DNA from: Pseudomonadota bacterium
GTDB lineage: Bacteria > Pseudomonadota > Alphaproteobacteria > MPNO01 > UBA830
Length of the DNA stretch: 56,445 bases
Assembly (NCBI GenBank): GCA_036336685.1
Contig: JAYZFO010000030.1
Coordinates: 1 to 56,445 of the forward strand
Reading direction: 5' to 3'
Both the position numbers and the translations under genes were made by a program. A model generated the notes under the pieces. The model was not told the DNA's origin. It was given only the letters and a program-made list of their open reading frames with translations, and made no database searches. Shown one piece after another: positions 19,920 through 33,131 of this stretch. The stretch's first letter is position 1; each line of letters starts with the position of its first letter.

Positions 19920-20732
19920 TTAAGATAAGGTCTCTAATGCCTCTTTGATTGGTTTACGAAGCATTTCCCATGCCTCGCGATCAGAAGCCAACAAAATCCC
20001 CCCTTCGGCAGGCATGCCCGCGAGATAAACAGTGCCATCTAAACAACGGTTATACCCTCCTGCCTCTGAGTGCAGTAACCAACCCGGCGCATGGTCCCAA
20101 ACATGTGCACCCCGATAATGGGCAAAATCCAAAGTGCCCTTCGCTAGTGAACAATAATCTACTGCTATGCAACCGCTCGCCGTAACTCGTGAAAATCGCG
20201 CTGCTAAATTAGTCCGCTTCCTGAGAAGACCACCTAAAGATCCCACCATTTTCCCCAAGTCACGTAATGACGGATTAATATTTAATCTGTCTCCATTTAG
20301 AAACGCACCGTTACCCCGCTCACAGGTATACATCTCATCTTCAACGGGCCTATAAATCCAGCCAGCGACAGTCTCTCGTCTAACAACTAATGCAACCATT
20401 ACACCAAAATCAGGACTATTCGCGGCAAAATTTGAAGTGCCATCCACGGGATCAAGCACCCAAACTGGCTCACTTCCATCTAAGCGTTGAAGAATATTAC
20501 GATTTTCGTCCACCATTTCTTCGCCAACAACTACCGAACCCGGTAGCATGAGGGAGAGTTGACTGGCTAACATTTTTTCCGCTGCAACATCTGCAGCTGT
20601 CACTATGGAACCCGACCCCTTTTTCCATGTTTCTTCTGAAGAAAGACTTTTAAATCGTGGCATAATTTCGGTTTCAGTAACTTCCCGAATGATAGTTTCA
20701 ATTTTATCAAAGGAAGGTAATTTGCGGATCAT
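19920..20732 (-). CDS. Inositol monophosphatase family protein
   Basis: VTAAD, VGEE, WVLDPVDGTSNF, WDHAPG. Confidence 0.9.
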   Translation of the reverse strand: MIRKLPSFDKIETIIREVTETEIMPRFKSLSSEETWKKGSGSIVTAADVAAEKMLASQLSLMLPGSVVVGEEMVDENRNILQRLDGSEPVWVLDPVDGTSNFAANSPDFGVMVALVVRRETVAGWIYRPVEDEMYTCERGNGAFLNGDRLNINPSLRDLGKMVGSLGGLLRKRTNLAARFSRVTASGCIAVDYCSLAKGTLDFAHYRGAHVWDHAPGWLLHSEAGGYNRCLDGTVYLAGMPAEGGILLASDREAWEMLRKPIKEALETLS

Positions 20733-20773
20733 CGCGTACTTATATAGATATCTATGAAGAGTTCGAGTTATAC

Positions 20774-20806
20774 AAAAAGAAACCGCCGCGGAAATCCGCG
20801 GCGGTT
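20774..20806 (-). terminator. Rho-independent terminator of groESL
   Basis: Perfect inverted repeat AACCGCCGCGG-AAAT-CCGCGGCGGTT (20781-20806), followed on the minus strand by TCTTTTT, about 25 bp after the groEL stop. Confidence 0.85.
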
Positions 20807-20831
20807 AAAAGTCATAATGACATTGAACGAT

Positions 20832-22785
<1,954 letters not shown>

Positions 22786-22830
22786 CGACCCCTTCTCCTT
22801 AAATTATTGATTCACAACATTTTTTCTACG

Positions 22831-22857
22831 CTGGCACTCAGGTCCAACGAGTGCCAG
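22831..22857. promoter_or_regulatory. CIRCE-like operator (HrcA), variant arms
   Basis: Perfect inverted repeat CTGGCACTC-N9-GAGTGCCAG upstream of groES. The consensus is TTAGCACTC-N9-GAGTGCTAA. Confidence 0.8.
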
Positions 22858-22859
22858 AC

Positions 22860-22888
22860 ATATAGGTATTGTCTTAGTGGGTGTCAAG
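22860..22888 (-). promoter_or_regulatory. Probable RpoH (sigma32)-type promoter of groESL
   Basis: The minus strand reads CTTG-N18-CCTATAT, matching the alphaproteobacterial RpoH pattern, directly upstream of the CIRCE. Confidence 0.6.
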
Positions 22889-22904
22889 GTGCCACTAAAA
22901 TTTT

Positions 22905-24179
22905 TTATAAATTGTTAAAATTCTTTTGAAACTGCGCTAATTCCTGAGAAAACATCAAAACGCGAAATTCCGCACAGTCGAGTAAATCCTTTCGCTCCAG
23001 CACTTCGGCATTACGATATAACCAAGCAATACCTTTGCCCTCGGCATAGGGTAGCTTAAGAGTAACGACAGTTCTTTCCAAAGCTAACAATTCGTCAACT
23101 TCACGAATAAGCCAATCTGCGTTTTCTCCAGTTTTCGCGGATAGTGGTACAACCTTCTTATTTCGCATTGCGATATTTTGGATTCTTAAAAGGTCGTCTG
23201 TCTCAAGAAGGTCTGTCTTATTTAATACTTCAATAAACTTCAGCTCATCTGTGACATCGACCCCGAGTTCGTCTAAAACCTTCAAAACATCCTGTTTCTG
23301 GGCTTCTGTATCAGGATGCGATATGTCCCTCACATGAATGATAACGTCAGCTGCTATCACCTCCTCCAACGTGGCCCGGAACGATGCAATGAGCATTGTT
23401 GGTAATTCAGACACAAATCCTACTGTATCAGATAGAATAATAGACCGCCGGGAAGGTAGCTTTAATTGACGCATTTTTGGGTCTAGTGTTGCAAATAACA
23501 GGTCCTTTGCTAACTCCTTGGAATTCGTCAATGTATTGAATAGGGACGATTTTCCCGCATTGGTATATCCCACTAAGGCGACAATAGGATACGGGACACG
23601 CCCGCGCGCCCTACGATGTAGTTTCCGCGTCCTTCTGACTGTCTGAAGTTCCTTTTCTATTTTGCCAATTCTGTCAGAAATTATCCGACGATCAGCTTCT
23701 ATCTGGGTTTCCCCTGGGCCTCCAAGAAATCCCACACCACCTCGTTGCCGTTCAAGGTGGGTCCACGTACGCACCAAACGACTGCGTTGATATTTTAAAT
23801 GTGCCAGCTCAACTTGAAGAACTCCTTCTTTTGTAACCGCTCGCTCACCAAATATTTCCAGTATTAACCCGGTTCTATCGATAACCTTTGCATCAATCGT
23901 TTTTTCGAGGCTGCGTTGTTGCACAGGAGATATATTGGTATCTATACAGACAACTTCAATTTGGTACTCCGCAACCAACTTCCGGATGCGTTCTACCGTC
24001 CCCTTCCCAAAGTAGGTTCCAGCATTTATACGAGTTATTGAGACGGCTTCCTGTAACCTAACATTTAAATCAATTGCGCCAGCAAGACCCACTACCTCTT
24101 CAAGCCTAGACGCAATCGAGCGACCCTTCACCCTTTCTGCTTTAAGAAATGGATGTATTACAAGCGCTATGGTCTCCAA
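22905..24179 (-). CDS. hflX: GTPase HflX
   Basis: GPGETQIEADRR, VGYTNAGKS, LFATLDP, DTVGF, NKTD. Downstream of hfq. Confidence 0.96.
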   Translation of the reverse strand: METIALVIHPFLKAERVKGRSIASRLEEVVGLAGAIDLNVRLQEAVSITRINAGTYFGKGTVERIRKLVAEYQIEVVCIDTNISPVQQRSLEKTIDAKVIDRTGLILEIFGERAVTKEGVLQVELAHLKYQRSRLVRTWTHLERQRGGVGFLGGPGETQIEADRRIISDRIGKIEKELQTVRRTRKLHRRARGRVPYPIVALVGYTNAGKSSLFNTLTNSKELAKDLLFATLDPKMRQLKLPSRRSIILSDTVGFVSELPTMLIASFRATLEEVIAADVIIHVRDISHPDTEAQKQDVLKVLDELGVDVTDELKFIEVLNKTDLLETDDLLRIQNIAMRNKKVVPLSAKTGENADWLIREVDELLALERTVVTLKLPYAEGKGIAWLYRNAEVLERKDLLDCAEFRVLMFSQELAQFQKNFNNL

Positions 24180-24215
24180 TTGGGTGCACCCGCCACTTCG
24201 GACTTAACTTTGAAA

Positions 24216-24476
24216 TTAACTTTCCGCACCTTCTTCATTGTCATCATCTTCATCATAAAGCGATACGGGCGTCGCTGGCATTACCGTCGAAATAGCGTGC
24301 TTATATACTAATTGGGAATGGCCATCACGGCGCAAAAGTACACAAAAGTTATCAAACGACGTAATTATTCCCTGCAGTTTCACGCCGTTTACCAAAAAAA
24401 CAGTAACTGGAGCTTTTTGCTTTCGAAGTTGATTTAAGAAAACGTCCTGTAAGTTTTGATTTTTTTCTGAAGACAT
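24216..24476 (-). CDS. hfq: RNA chaperone Hfq
   Basis: [29 protein letters not shown]. Confidence 0.98.
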   Translation of the reverse strand: MSSEKNQNLQDVFLNQLRKQKAPVTVFLVNGVKLQGIITSFDNFCVLLRRDGHSQLVYKHAISTVMPATPVSLYDEDDDNEEGAES

Positions 24477-24580
24477 TATTCCACCTTATTATTAAATATC
24501 TTTATTTTACATTCACCAAATTCCAAACGTGTGTAAAAAATCAGATACAATGTACTATTGAATAAGGTATATTTCGAACT

Positions 24581-25243
24581 TTAAATTTGTCTGACTACCT
24601 CAAAAAATTCTCTGCAGGTTTTGAAACTTTCGTGTGGGCAATGCTCTTTATATTCTGTTGCACCTTTATCATTCTCACCAAGCAAAATAGTATAACAACC
24701 CGACGCTCGACCGCATGCAACGTCTACCCATGTGTCTCCAACAAACCAAACGTCACTGCCCGGTAATATTCCAGTCTTATTCAGCGCTAGCCGCACTGGG
24801 TCCGTGGCTGGTTTGTCTCGGGCCGCATCCCCAGAACCGACGAGATATCCAGAAAAATAAGTATCCCAATATAATTTTTTAGATTCTGCCCGTAAGTGTC
24901 GGCCCGATTTATTGCTTACTACTGCCAAATGGCAACCACGGTCAGAAAAAAAACGGACAAGCTCATCAGCACCGTCAATTTTTTCTACCTGCTCAAGATG
25001 CATTGATCGATAGGTAATGTAGAAAATTTCTCGTGCTTCCTCCCAACGATCTCCAAAAAGGACGGGAAACGATTCCCTCAGAGACATTCGTGCACGTGCC
25101 ATGGTTTCGTCCATAGTCCATGGTTTGAGCCCCATTTTTGTCAGGGTCAAATTCATGCTCTCGTGTATAGTGGGCCAACTGTTTACTAAGGTGCCATCCC
25201 AATCAAACAATACGGCTTTGGGTAAAACTCTATCCATTATCAA
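24581..25243 (-). CDS. HAD family hydrolase (phosphoglycolate phosphatase-like)
   Basis: FDWDGTL, VVSNK, KP..DP, VGDT.VD. Confidence 0.88.
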   Translation of the reverse strand: MIMDRVLPKAVLFDWDGTLVNSWPTIHESMNLTLTKMGLKPWTMDETMARARMSLRESFPVLFGDRWEEAREIFYITYRSMHLEQVEKIDGADELVRFFSDRGCHLAVVSNKSGRHLRAESKKLYWDTYFSGYLVGSGDAARDKPATDPVRLALNKTGILPGSDVWFVGDTWVDVACGRASGCYTILLGENDKGATEYKEHCPHESFKTCREFFEVVRQI

Positions 25244-25457
25244 ACGTGACTTTCTATAGGAAAACCCAGCTTCAGTTTAACAACCAATCTGTGCAAGATA
25301 TCTCCGAAAGTCTTTTTCGATCCCAAATCAAAACATAACTGTATAAATAAAATCTTAATTTCGATTCTGTTCCTAAATTTATTCAAATTTAACGGCTACT
25401 GCCTGGGATTTCGAATAGTTCCTATTACAAAACAGACCCGAAAGGTTAGCCGCAAAA

Positions 25458-26834
25458 TCAGAAAAACTCCAAGCTTACGGCAAATAATTTCTCAATTTCT
25501 CGGACCGCAGATGGTCTTACAAAAATTACCACCCTGTCCCCTTTAGCCACAACGGTAGTGCTCCTCGGTGTTATTACTTCTTCACCACGAACAATAGCAC
25601 CAAACATCACCCCTTCAGGCAATTCCATGTTCTGGATTTGTCTCCCAACCAAACTAGACGTCTCCAAAATCTCCGCCTCCATCAACTCACCTAGTTCTTC
25701 ACCTAGTGAATAAACTGCACGGATTCTCCCTCGACGAACATGCTGAAGTATTGTCGATGCGGTAATGGCTCGCGGACTTATCACTGCGTCAACACCTAGC
25801 GTCGTAACCAAAGGTGAGTAATTAATATTATTTACAAGCGCAATAGCCCTTTTCGCACCATGTCTTTTCGCAAGTAAAGAACCTAATATGTTAGTCTCGT
25901 CATCATTAGTAACAGCAACTATAGCTTCCGTAACACCTACGCCGGCTTCTTCTAGAATTGCCGGTTCCAATGCATTCCCGTTTATTACGGTAATGTCAGG
26001 CAGATTCCGCGCTGCAAGTTCCGCACCTTCTTTATTTGACTCAATAATGCGTGCGTTTACTCCTGGATGTTCATCCCTAATAAGTTTCGCCAAAAAAACG
26101 CCAACATTTCCACCACCTGCAATTATTATCCTCCGTGCTTTTCGCTCTTCATGCCCGAATATTGTCATCGCCCGCACGACATGCTCGTTATCGGAAACAA
26201 AGTAAACGTCATCACCAGCCAACATTTGTTCATCAGCACTCGGTACTATTGCTCGACCATCCCTAATAATTCCAACAACAACAATGTGTAAATCTGGAAA
26301 AACCCCCGTGAGTTGACGTAGAGGTGTATTTATTACGGGGCAATCGTCGTTACACCGCACACCAATCAACCGCACTTTCCCGTCCACCATTGGAATAGTA
26401 TCAAAAGCACCCGGGACTACTAGATCACGTGAGATTGCTCGTGCCACTTCAAGTTCCGGGGAAATAATTACGTCAATGGGTAAATTTTCTCGACTGAATA
26501 AGTCGGCCCAAATTGGCTGTAAATAACTTTGGTTACGGACCCGAGCAAGTTTTGTGGGTACTTTGAAAAGTGAGTGCGCCACCTGACAAGCAACCATATT
26601 TACTTCGTCAGATTGTGTCACAGCGATTAGCATATCAGCATCCGCAGCACTAGCTCGCTCCTGAACATCGGGGTCAGACGCAAAACCCTGTATTGTTTGG
26701 ACATCCAGTGTGTCGCTTACGTTTCGAATATTTTCACCCGACGAATCCACGACGGTTATGTCGTGATTTTCTATCGAAAGTTGCCGAGCTATATGATACC
26801 CGACCTGTCCAGCACCGCAGACTATTACTTTCAT
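25458..26834 (-). CDS. trkA: Trk system potassium uptake regulatory subunit TrkA
   Basis: MKVIVCGAGQVG, AVTQSDEVN, and a second RCK domain (GGGNVG). 458 aa. Confidence 0.96.
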   Translation of the reverse strand: MKVIVCGAGQVGYHIARQLSIENHDITVVDSSGENIRNVSDTLDVQTIQGFASDPDVQERASAADADMLIAVTQSDEVNMVACQVAHSLFKVPTKLARVRNQSYLQPIWADLFSRENLPIDVIISPELEVARAISRDLVVPGAFDTIPMVDGKVRLIGVRCNDDCPVINTPLRQLTGVFPDLHIVVVGIIRDGRAIVPSADEQMLAGDDVYFVSDNEHVVRAMTIFGHEERKARRIIIAGGGNVGVFLAKLIRDEHPGVNARIIESNKEGAELAARNLPDITVINGNALEPAILEEAGVGVTEAIVAVTNDDETNILGSLLAKRHGAKRAIALVNNINYSPLVTTLGVDAVISPRAITASTILQHVRRGRIRAVYSLGEELGELMEAEILETSSLVGRQIQNMELPEGVMFGAIVRGEEVITPRSTTVVAKGDRVVIFVRPSAVREIEKLFAVSLEFF

Positions 26835-26848
26835 TAGAAGAGCCCTGC

Positions 26849-28255
26849 CTATCCTGCTATGATGGCGTCTGGTGGTTCTGTAATGTTAGACGCCCCCAAA
26901 CCAAGAACTTTTAATTTTCTATGCAATGCCGACCGCTCCATTCCGATGAATTCAGCCGTCCTCGAGACATTTCCCCCAAACCTCGAAACTTGTGCCAAGA
27001 GATATTGTCTCTCAAAGTTTTCTCGTGCCTCACGAAGTGGCAACGCCATAATTTTAGCTCCCTCTTCCCAACCGAGTTCTCCTGTTTCACCTTTCCCTAC
27101 ATCGGGTGGTAGATTTTCAACTGATACATACTCACCGGCTTGCCCAGGCGCCATAATTAGAATCCACTCCACTGCGTTCTGGAGTTGCCTAACATTACCC
27201 GGCCATTCATGTGCCTGTAAAACAGCCATGGCTTCGGTGGAAATTTGACGCGGTGTGACGCCAGAGATATCAGCCGACCGTTGCATAAAATACTGTACCA
27301 AGACCGGAATATCGTCTGGACGCTCTTTCAAAGGCAGAATTCGGATTGGAACGACGTTGAGACGATAGAATAAGTCTTGGCGAAAATTGCCCGCGGCCAT
27401 TTCCGCCTCCATATCTTGATTCGTCGACGAGATAACGCGCACATCAACCTGAATTGATTGCTCGCCACCGACCCTATTAAACGTTTGCTCCTGAAGAACA
27501 CGAACAAACTTTCCCTGCGCCTCAAGTGGCATATAACTAACTTCGTCCAACAACAGAGTGCCCCCATCGGCCTCTTCTAACGTTCCCCTCCTTGTTATTC
27601 CGTTCTGCCTCTCATCGCCAAACAATTCTATTTCCATTCTATCTGGATTCATTCCTGCACAATTTAAAACAATGAATGGTCCGCCCGACCGATTTGAATG
27701 TGCGTGTAGCTGTCTAGCGAACACTTCCTTTCCCACACCAGCTGGCCCAGATATCAGGACCCGGCTATCCGTGGGGGCAACCTTTTCGAGCGCAGACTGT
27801 AATTGTTTCATAGAATTTGAAACGCACACCATTTCCGCAGAATCCCCGATACGTCGGCGCAATTCACTGTTTTCCAAATGCAGTTGAGAAGCTTCTAGCG
27901 CTCGCCTAATGGTTAAAATTAAACGATCCGCTTTAAATGGCTTCTCAATAAAATCATACGCCCCTAGTTTTATTGAATTCACCGCCGTTTCAACATTCCC
28001 GTGTCCGCTAATCATAATAATAGGCATTACCGCTTTACTAGATTTGAGCGTCTGCAACAATTCCATACCATCAAGTTCACTAGCCTCGAGCCAAATATCA
28101 AGCACTACGAGATCTGGTCTTTTTTCGGCAATTGCATAAACTGCTTCAGAGCTATCGCTGGCGACGCGACAATGAAAACCCTCATCGGTCAGAATTTCTG
28201 AAATAAGAGAACGAATATCTTCTTCATCATCAACGACTAGAATATCAGTTGTCAT
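26849..28255 (-). CDS. ntrX: Response regulator NtrX (REC-AAA+-HTH)
   Basis: LDIWL receiver domain, AAA+ domain lacking GAFTGA, C-terminal GMERSALHRKLK. Downstream of ntrY. Confidence 0.93.
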   Translation of the reverse strand: MTTDILVVDDEEDIRSLISEILTDEGFHCRVASDSSEAVYAIAEKRPDLVVLDIWLEASELDGMELLQTLKSSKAVMPIIMISGHGNVETAVNSIKLGAYDFIEKPFKADRLILTIRRALEASQLHLENSELRRRIGDSAEMVCVSNSMKQLQSALEKVAPTDSRVLISGPAGVGKEVFARQLHAHSNRSGGPFIVLNCAGMNPDRMEIELFGDERQNGITRRGTLEEADGGTLLLDEVSYMPLEAQGKFVRVLQEQTFNRVGGEQSIQVDVRVISSTNQDMEAEMAAGNFRQDLFYRLNVVPIRILPLKERPDDIPVLVQYFMQRSADISGVTPRQISTEAMAVLQAHEWPGNVRQLQNAVEWILIMAPGQAGEYVSVENLPPDVGKGETGELGWEEGAKIMALPLREARENFERQYLLAQVSRFGGNVSRTAEFIGMERSALHRKLKVLGLGASNITEPPDAIIAG

Positions 28256-30554
28256 CGATTACTCCGTCTTTAGATAAGGTCGATGATTTATCACTATCGA
28301 CAAGTATGGGGATCTTCACCGTTACTATTGCTCCAGGTTTGATCGTTCGATCTGCCAACTCGATGCTGCCAGCGTGATCTTCGATGATTGTCTTGACGAT
28401 AGCTAGACCGAGACCTGTGCCCTTTGTTCTCGTCGTAACGTATGGCTCAGTTAATTGACTTCTTTCTTCGATAGGCAAGCCCTTGCCATTATCTGTAATC
28501 TGTACAACCGCATATTCCTCCAAAACAAACGTCCGAAGGTATATATCTCCTGTTGAAAACGCTTCTGTATTTGAACTCTCCCTACCATCTATTGCGTCTA
28601 TAGAATTCTGAATCAGATTAGTAAGCACTTGGGATATCTGACGCACATCAACGGATACAGTTATTTGATTGTTTTCTTCCTCTAACCGAAAGTTAATTTC
28701 GGGATGAGCATTTCTGTGGAGAATTAATGCTCTTTGGCAAATAGATCCCAAATTTGCTTTTTCCATTCTTGGCCGCGGCATTCGAGCAAAGTCGGAGAAT
28801 TCGTCAACCATACGCCCAATATCGCTAACCTGACGAATAATTGTGTCGGTACAATTCGAAAACGTTTCTGGGTCAGACTTAACCTCATCTAGATATTTGC
28901 GGCGCAGTCGTTCTGCAGATAGTTGAATTGGTGTTAATGGATTTTTGATTTCGTGCGCTATACGGCGGGCCACGTCAGACCATGCAGCTTTCCTTTGTGC
29001 CGCCATCAGTTCGGTTATATCATCAAAAGTAACAACCAGGCCCAACACTTGAGTGTCCACTTTGTCAGCAGCTAAACGCACAAATAAGGTTCTAGATTGT
29101 CCATCACCACCCACCAGCACCTGCGCCTCAACAACACTGTTGGGCCTGGCTAATGCGTCCGCGATAAGTTTCCCAAATTCTGGCACAACAACGCCAATAG
29201 AGATACCAATCTTTGTGTCCAGATCAATCGAAAGAAGAGAACTAGCCGATTTATTAGCCAGATTAATTTTAGCATCTTTATCCAGTCCAATTACCCCCGC
29301 CGATACACCGGCAAGAACGGTTTCTATAAAATGCCGGCGTTCGTTAAGTTGACGGTTTGCCTGAATCAATTCTTGCTGCTGCCCCTCAAGTTGATCTGTC
29401 ATCCTATTAAATGCTCGACTAAGCAGCCCAAGCTCATCGGCATTGTTGTCATTCCGTACTCTAACAGAAAGATCACCGCTTCTTACTCGTTCCGCTGCCC
29501 CCGCTAATTCGGTTATGGGCCTAGACAAACGTGTTGCGAAAACAAGTCCCACCCAAATTGCAGCAAATAAAAGAAGCAGCCCCACCAAAATAAAAATCAT
29601 GGCAAAAGTAATCTCAATGTCAGATCTTCGACCCTCTATCTCGCGATACTCAGTCGCAGCTCTTTGTGTTTTTTCAATATGTTCCAGAACCTTTGGTTCA
29701 ACATACCGTCCAACATACAAAAACGTGTCTACCAACCGGTCCATCTTCACAATAGCACGAAGCCGATCATCCGTTTTACTCGTCAATAGAACGACATCTC
29801 CACCCCGCGCGCGTTCCATAACGTCTTGTGATACTGGCTCTCGGTCCAAAACGAACCCGAGACTCCATTTGGCTATTACCCGGCCACTTCCATCAAAAAT
29901 ATATATTTCACTGAGATCACGAACCAAGCCCTGCGTTCTCAATATTCTTGAAAATTGACGTGGGTTTTCTACCAAAAGTGGCAAATTTCGATCTAAATCC
30001 CTCGCCATTGCTAATAAGTCTCCCCTTATCACCTGCTGATGTTCTTGCAAATAAGCTTCAGCCACTGCGTGGGATTCTATAATTGCCGTCCTAACCCTCT
30101 CACTGAACCAGGTTTCGATCCCAAAATTAAAGAATACTGCCGAAAACCCAGAAACAATAATGGCGGGTGCTAGCGCTATTAAACTAAACAAAACTACTAA
30201 CCGAGTGTGCAGCCGCGAACCTACCTGACCTCGACGACGTTCTATCCATAGGCGCACTAAACTTTTTGCCACCACCAAACCAAGTATAAGAAACAAAACC
30301 AAGTCAATCTGGAGGAGTATCAAAACCGTATGCGGGTGCGCGCCTAGTGGAGAAGACCCTGTCATTGCAGCGTAAGTTGCTACCGCACTACCTAGCGCCG
30401 CCACAGTCAGGGCTACTGCAAATTTCCTGCCTAAATTATGCCTTCTTCCCCAGGCTATTAGTTGTCCGAATAACATGGTTGCCTTTAAAGCTATAGCAAT
30501 ATCAGCTGCCTCCCCTGATGACGACTGGGTTTTTTTTATCATTCTGAGACCCAA
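28245..30554 (-). CDS. ntrY: Sensor histidine kinase NtrY
   Basis: TM segments, HAMP and PAS domains, AWSDVARRIAHEIKNPLTPIQLSAERL, GTGLGLAIV. The exact start is uncertain. Confidence 0.93.
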   Translation of the reverse strand: MGLRMIKKTQSSSGEAADIAIALKATMLFGQLIAWGRRHNLGRKFAVALTVAALGSAVATYAAMTGSSPLGAHPHTVLILLQIDLVLFLILGLVVAKSLVRLWIERRRGQVGSRLHTRLVVLFSLIALAPAIIVSGFSAVFFNFGIETWFSERVRTAIIESHAVAEAYLQEHQQVIRGDLLAMARDLDRNLPLLVENPRQFSRILRTQGLVRDLSEIYIFDGSGRVIAKWSLGFVLDREPVSQDVMERARGGDVVLLTSKTDDRLRAIVKMDRLVDTFLYVGRYVEPKVLEHIEKTQRAATEYREIEGRRSDIEITFAMIFILVGLLLLFAAIWVGLVFATRLSRPITELAGAAERVRSGDLSVRVRNDNNADELGLLSRAFNRMTDQLEGQQQELIQANRQLNERRHFIETVLAGVSAGVIGLDKDAKINLANKSASSLLSIDLDTKIGISIGVVVPEFGKLIADALARPNSVVEAQVLVGGDGQSRTLFVRLAADKVDTQVLGLVVTFDDITELMAAQRKAAWSDVARRIAHEIKNPLTPIQLSAERLRRKYLDEVKSDPETFSNCTDTIIRQVSDIGRMVDEFSDFARMPRPRMEKANLGSICQRALILHRNAHPEINFRLEEENNQITVSVDVRQISQVLTNLIQNSIDAIDGRESSNTEAFSTGDIYLRTFVLEEYAVVQITDNGKGLPIEERSQLTEPYVTTRTKGTGLGLAIVKTIIEDHAGSIELADRTIKPGAIVTVKIPILVDSDKSSTLSKDGVIDDN

Positions 30555-30572
30555 CGAAAAAATCCAGGTGGT

Positions 30573-32006
30573 TCAGGAACGGCCGCGGGTGATCTCAATA
30601 TCAAGCTCACGGATCTTCTTCCTCAAAGTATTTCTATTCAGCCCTAATATTTCGGAAGCCTTTATTTGATTGCCGCGCGTTGCTGCAAGGGTCATGGTGA
30701 TCAGAGGCTTTTCAAACTCCTGTCGTACTTTGTCGTAAAGTCCATTGAGTGGCAAAGCGTTTCCTGAATTAAAATAATTTTGTGTTAAATGTCTCTCTAT
30801 TGCATCTTCTATAAATTCGTCTTTAGAACCGGAAACATCTAGACCAATATCATCTCCCAATTCATTCATCACTATTTCTTCTGAAATTACCTCTTCAACA
30901 TACAATGCTGCCAATCTTTGTATTAAGTTTTCTAACTCGCGTACATTCCCAGACCAAGTCTGTCCAAGAAGTAAATTCATGGCAGACTTTTCTAAACTTT
31001 TAAACGGTAGTCCGGTTTCTGTGCCCTTTGCAAAAAAATGCTCCACCAATTCGGGAATGTCCTCTGGCCTCTCTCTAAGAGGTGGTATACGAACCGGAAC
31101 CACATTCAGGCGGTAATATAAATCCTGTCTAAAGTCCCCTTTCCGTACCTGACGGGAGAGGACGCGATGAGTGGCCGCTATAATACGTACATCGCTTTTT
31201 AGTGGTACTCGGCCACCAACAGTCGTGTATTCCCCATCTTGAAGGACCCTCAATAATCTAGTTTGCGCATCCACTGGCATATCACCTATTTCATCTAAAA
31301 ATAATGTACCCCTTTGTGCTTGCTCAAACCTCCCAACCCCTCTCGTGACCGCGCCCGTAAACGCCCCACGTTCATATCCAAATAATTCAGCTTCGATCAA
31401 ATCCCTGGGTATAGCCGCCATATTTAAGGCTACAAAAGGCCCATTGCGACGCTTACCGTAATCATGAAGCGCCCGCGCAACCAATTCTTTTCCAGTTCCA
31501 GACTCTCCCGTGATCAATACGGTAAGATCAGTTGCCATTAAGCGGGCGAGGCTACGATATATATTCTGCATCGCCGGAGACCGACCAATCAAAGGTAATT
31601 GACTTTCCAGATCAAACGAGGAAATACGATTGTTTCCCCCCGGGTCCGCCATGGCCCTTTCAACGACGTTAATTAGCTCATCTAAGTCAAAGGGCTTAGG
31701 CAGATATTCGTAGGCACCACGTTCATTTGCTTTTACAGCCGTCAACAAAGTGCTTTGTGCACTCATGACAATCACCTTGAGATCCGGTCTTAATTCTCGT
31801 ATGCGTGGAATCAAATCGAGTCCATTTTCATCCGGCATAACCACGTCAGTTATTACAATGTCCCCTTCACCGTCAGCAATCCATGACCACAGTGTACGTC
31901 CGCTGCCCGTTAATTTTACGTGATACCCCTCGCGCTCGAGTGCACGTTCAAGGACCGTCCGTATTGCTCGATCATCGTCAGCAATCAATATTGAAGGTGC
32001 CGCCAT
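30573..32006 (-). CDS. ntrC: Nitrogen regulation response regulator NtrC
   Basis: DVVMP receiver domain, [26 protein letters not shown]. Confidence 0.96.
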   Translation of the reverse strand: MAAPSILIADDDRAIRTVLERALEREGYHVKLTGSGRTLWSWIADGEGDIVITDVVMPDENGLDLIPRIRELRPDLKVIVMSAQSTLLTAVKANERGAYEYLPKPFDLDELINVVERAMADPGGNNRISSFDLESQLPLIGRSPAMQNIYRSLARLMATDLTVLITGESGTGKELVARALHDYGKRRNGPFVALNMAAIPRDLIEAELFGYERGAFTGAVTRGVGRFEQAQRGTLFLDEIGDMPVDAQTRLLRVLQDGEYTTVGGRVPLKSDVRIIAATHRVLSRQVRKGDFRQDLYYRLNVVPVRIPPLRERPEDIPELVEHFFAKGTETGLPFKSLEKSAMNLLLGQTWSGNVRELENLIQRLAALYVEEVISEEIVMNELGDDIGLDVSGSKDEFIEDAIERHLTQNYFNSGNALPLNGLYDKVRQEFEKPLITMTLAATRGNQIKASEILGLNRNTLRKKIRELDIEITRGRS

Positions 32007-33131
32007 CTACTGTTCCATTGGGTTATTGAATTGTTTTAATGGCTCTGTAAACGCGGGCAGGCATACATTAAACTCTGTACCAACGTTAGAAGTATCAAAA
32101 TCAATTAACCCCCCATGATCCCCAATCGTCTTTGCGACAAACGCTAGGCCAAGTCCAGAACCATCAATTTTTGAGGTAACGAAAGGGTCAAATAAGTTAG
32201 GCGTTACATCGGCAGCGATACCAGGCCCGTTATCACGAACCGTTACGGTTAAAGGGATAGCTACACTCGCAGCTGCCCCTGGGACGGAAAGTCTTACCCC
32301 ATGCCGATAACCGGTCCGAATTAGGATCTTACCTTTTTCTTTTGGGACCGCTTCGCAGGCATTTTTTACTATATTTAAAAACACCTGGATCAACTGGTCT
32401 TCGTTGCCCCACACTGGTGGCAGCGATGGGTCATATTCCTCCACAAAACATACGTTTTTCCCAAAACCTGCTTCTGCAATTTTTTTTACCCGCTCGAGAA
32501 CTCGGTGTATATTTACGGCTTTCCTCTTGAGCTCCGAATGGGAAAATACTTCCATACTATCTACTAAGTTACAGATACGATCTGTTTCTTCGCAAATCAG
32601 TCTTGTCAGATTACGATCTTCCTCCGTCACAGCTGCGTCCAGCAATTGGGCGGCTCCCCGAATTCCCGAGAGAGGATTCTTAACCTCATGTGCTAAAAGA
32701 GCGGCAAGTCCTGTAACTGAACGAGCAGCATGTCGCTGAGAATTTTGATTATTAATCCGCCGCGCGTTTGACTGTTCATGCATCGATAACACCATAAACC
32801 CCGGTTCTTCGAAAACAGGCGCGGCCGTGATAGTAACATTAATATTCCGATTACCTGGTAAACCTATAGCAACGTCGTATTCTGCAAGGCTCACCTGTTT
32901 TTGAGAGGCCTGAAAAAAAAGTGCACAGATAGGACTATCTTTTTCAAAAAGATCTGTGAGGTGTTTTCCCATAAGGCTCTTCGCACCTAGCTTAAATAAT
33001 TGTTCAGCCGCATTGTTTAAAAAACAAATGCGAGTTTTGCGGTCGACTACTAGGATTGTGAAAGGTAATGACGAAAGCGCATTTAGTCCTTGAAAAACTG
33101 ACGTACCGGATCGTTCAAACAATGACATCAC
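32007..33131 (-). CDS. ntrB: Nitrogen regulation sensor kinase NtrB
   Basis: PAS domain, [31 protein letters not shown]. Confidence 0.95.
   Translation of the reverse strand: MMSLFERSGTSVFQGLNALSSLPFTILVVDRKTRICFLNNAAEQLFKLGAKSLMGKHLTDLFEKDSPICALFFQASQKQVSLAEYDVAIGLPGNRNINVTITAAPVFEEPGFMVLSMHEQSNARRINNQNSQRHAARSVTGLAALLAHEVKNPLSGIRGAAQLLDAAVTEEDRNLTRLICEETDRICNLVDSMEVFSHSELKRKAVNIHRVLERVKKIAEAGFGKNVCFVEEYDPSLPPVWGNEDQLIQVFLNIVKNACEAVPKEKGKILIRTGYRHGVRLSVPGAAASVAIPLTVTVRDNGPGIAADVTPNLFDPFVTSKIDGSGLGLAFVAKTIGDHGGLIDFDTSNVGTEFNVCLPAFTEPLKQFNNPMEQ

Noticed and set aside
26849-28255. Missing GAFTGA motif in NtrX
   Set aside because: A degenerate GAFTGA is a known property of NtrX and is not evidence of a pseudogene.
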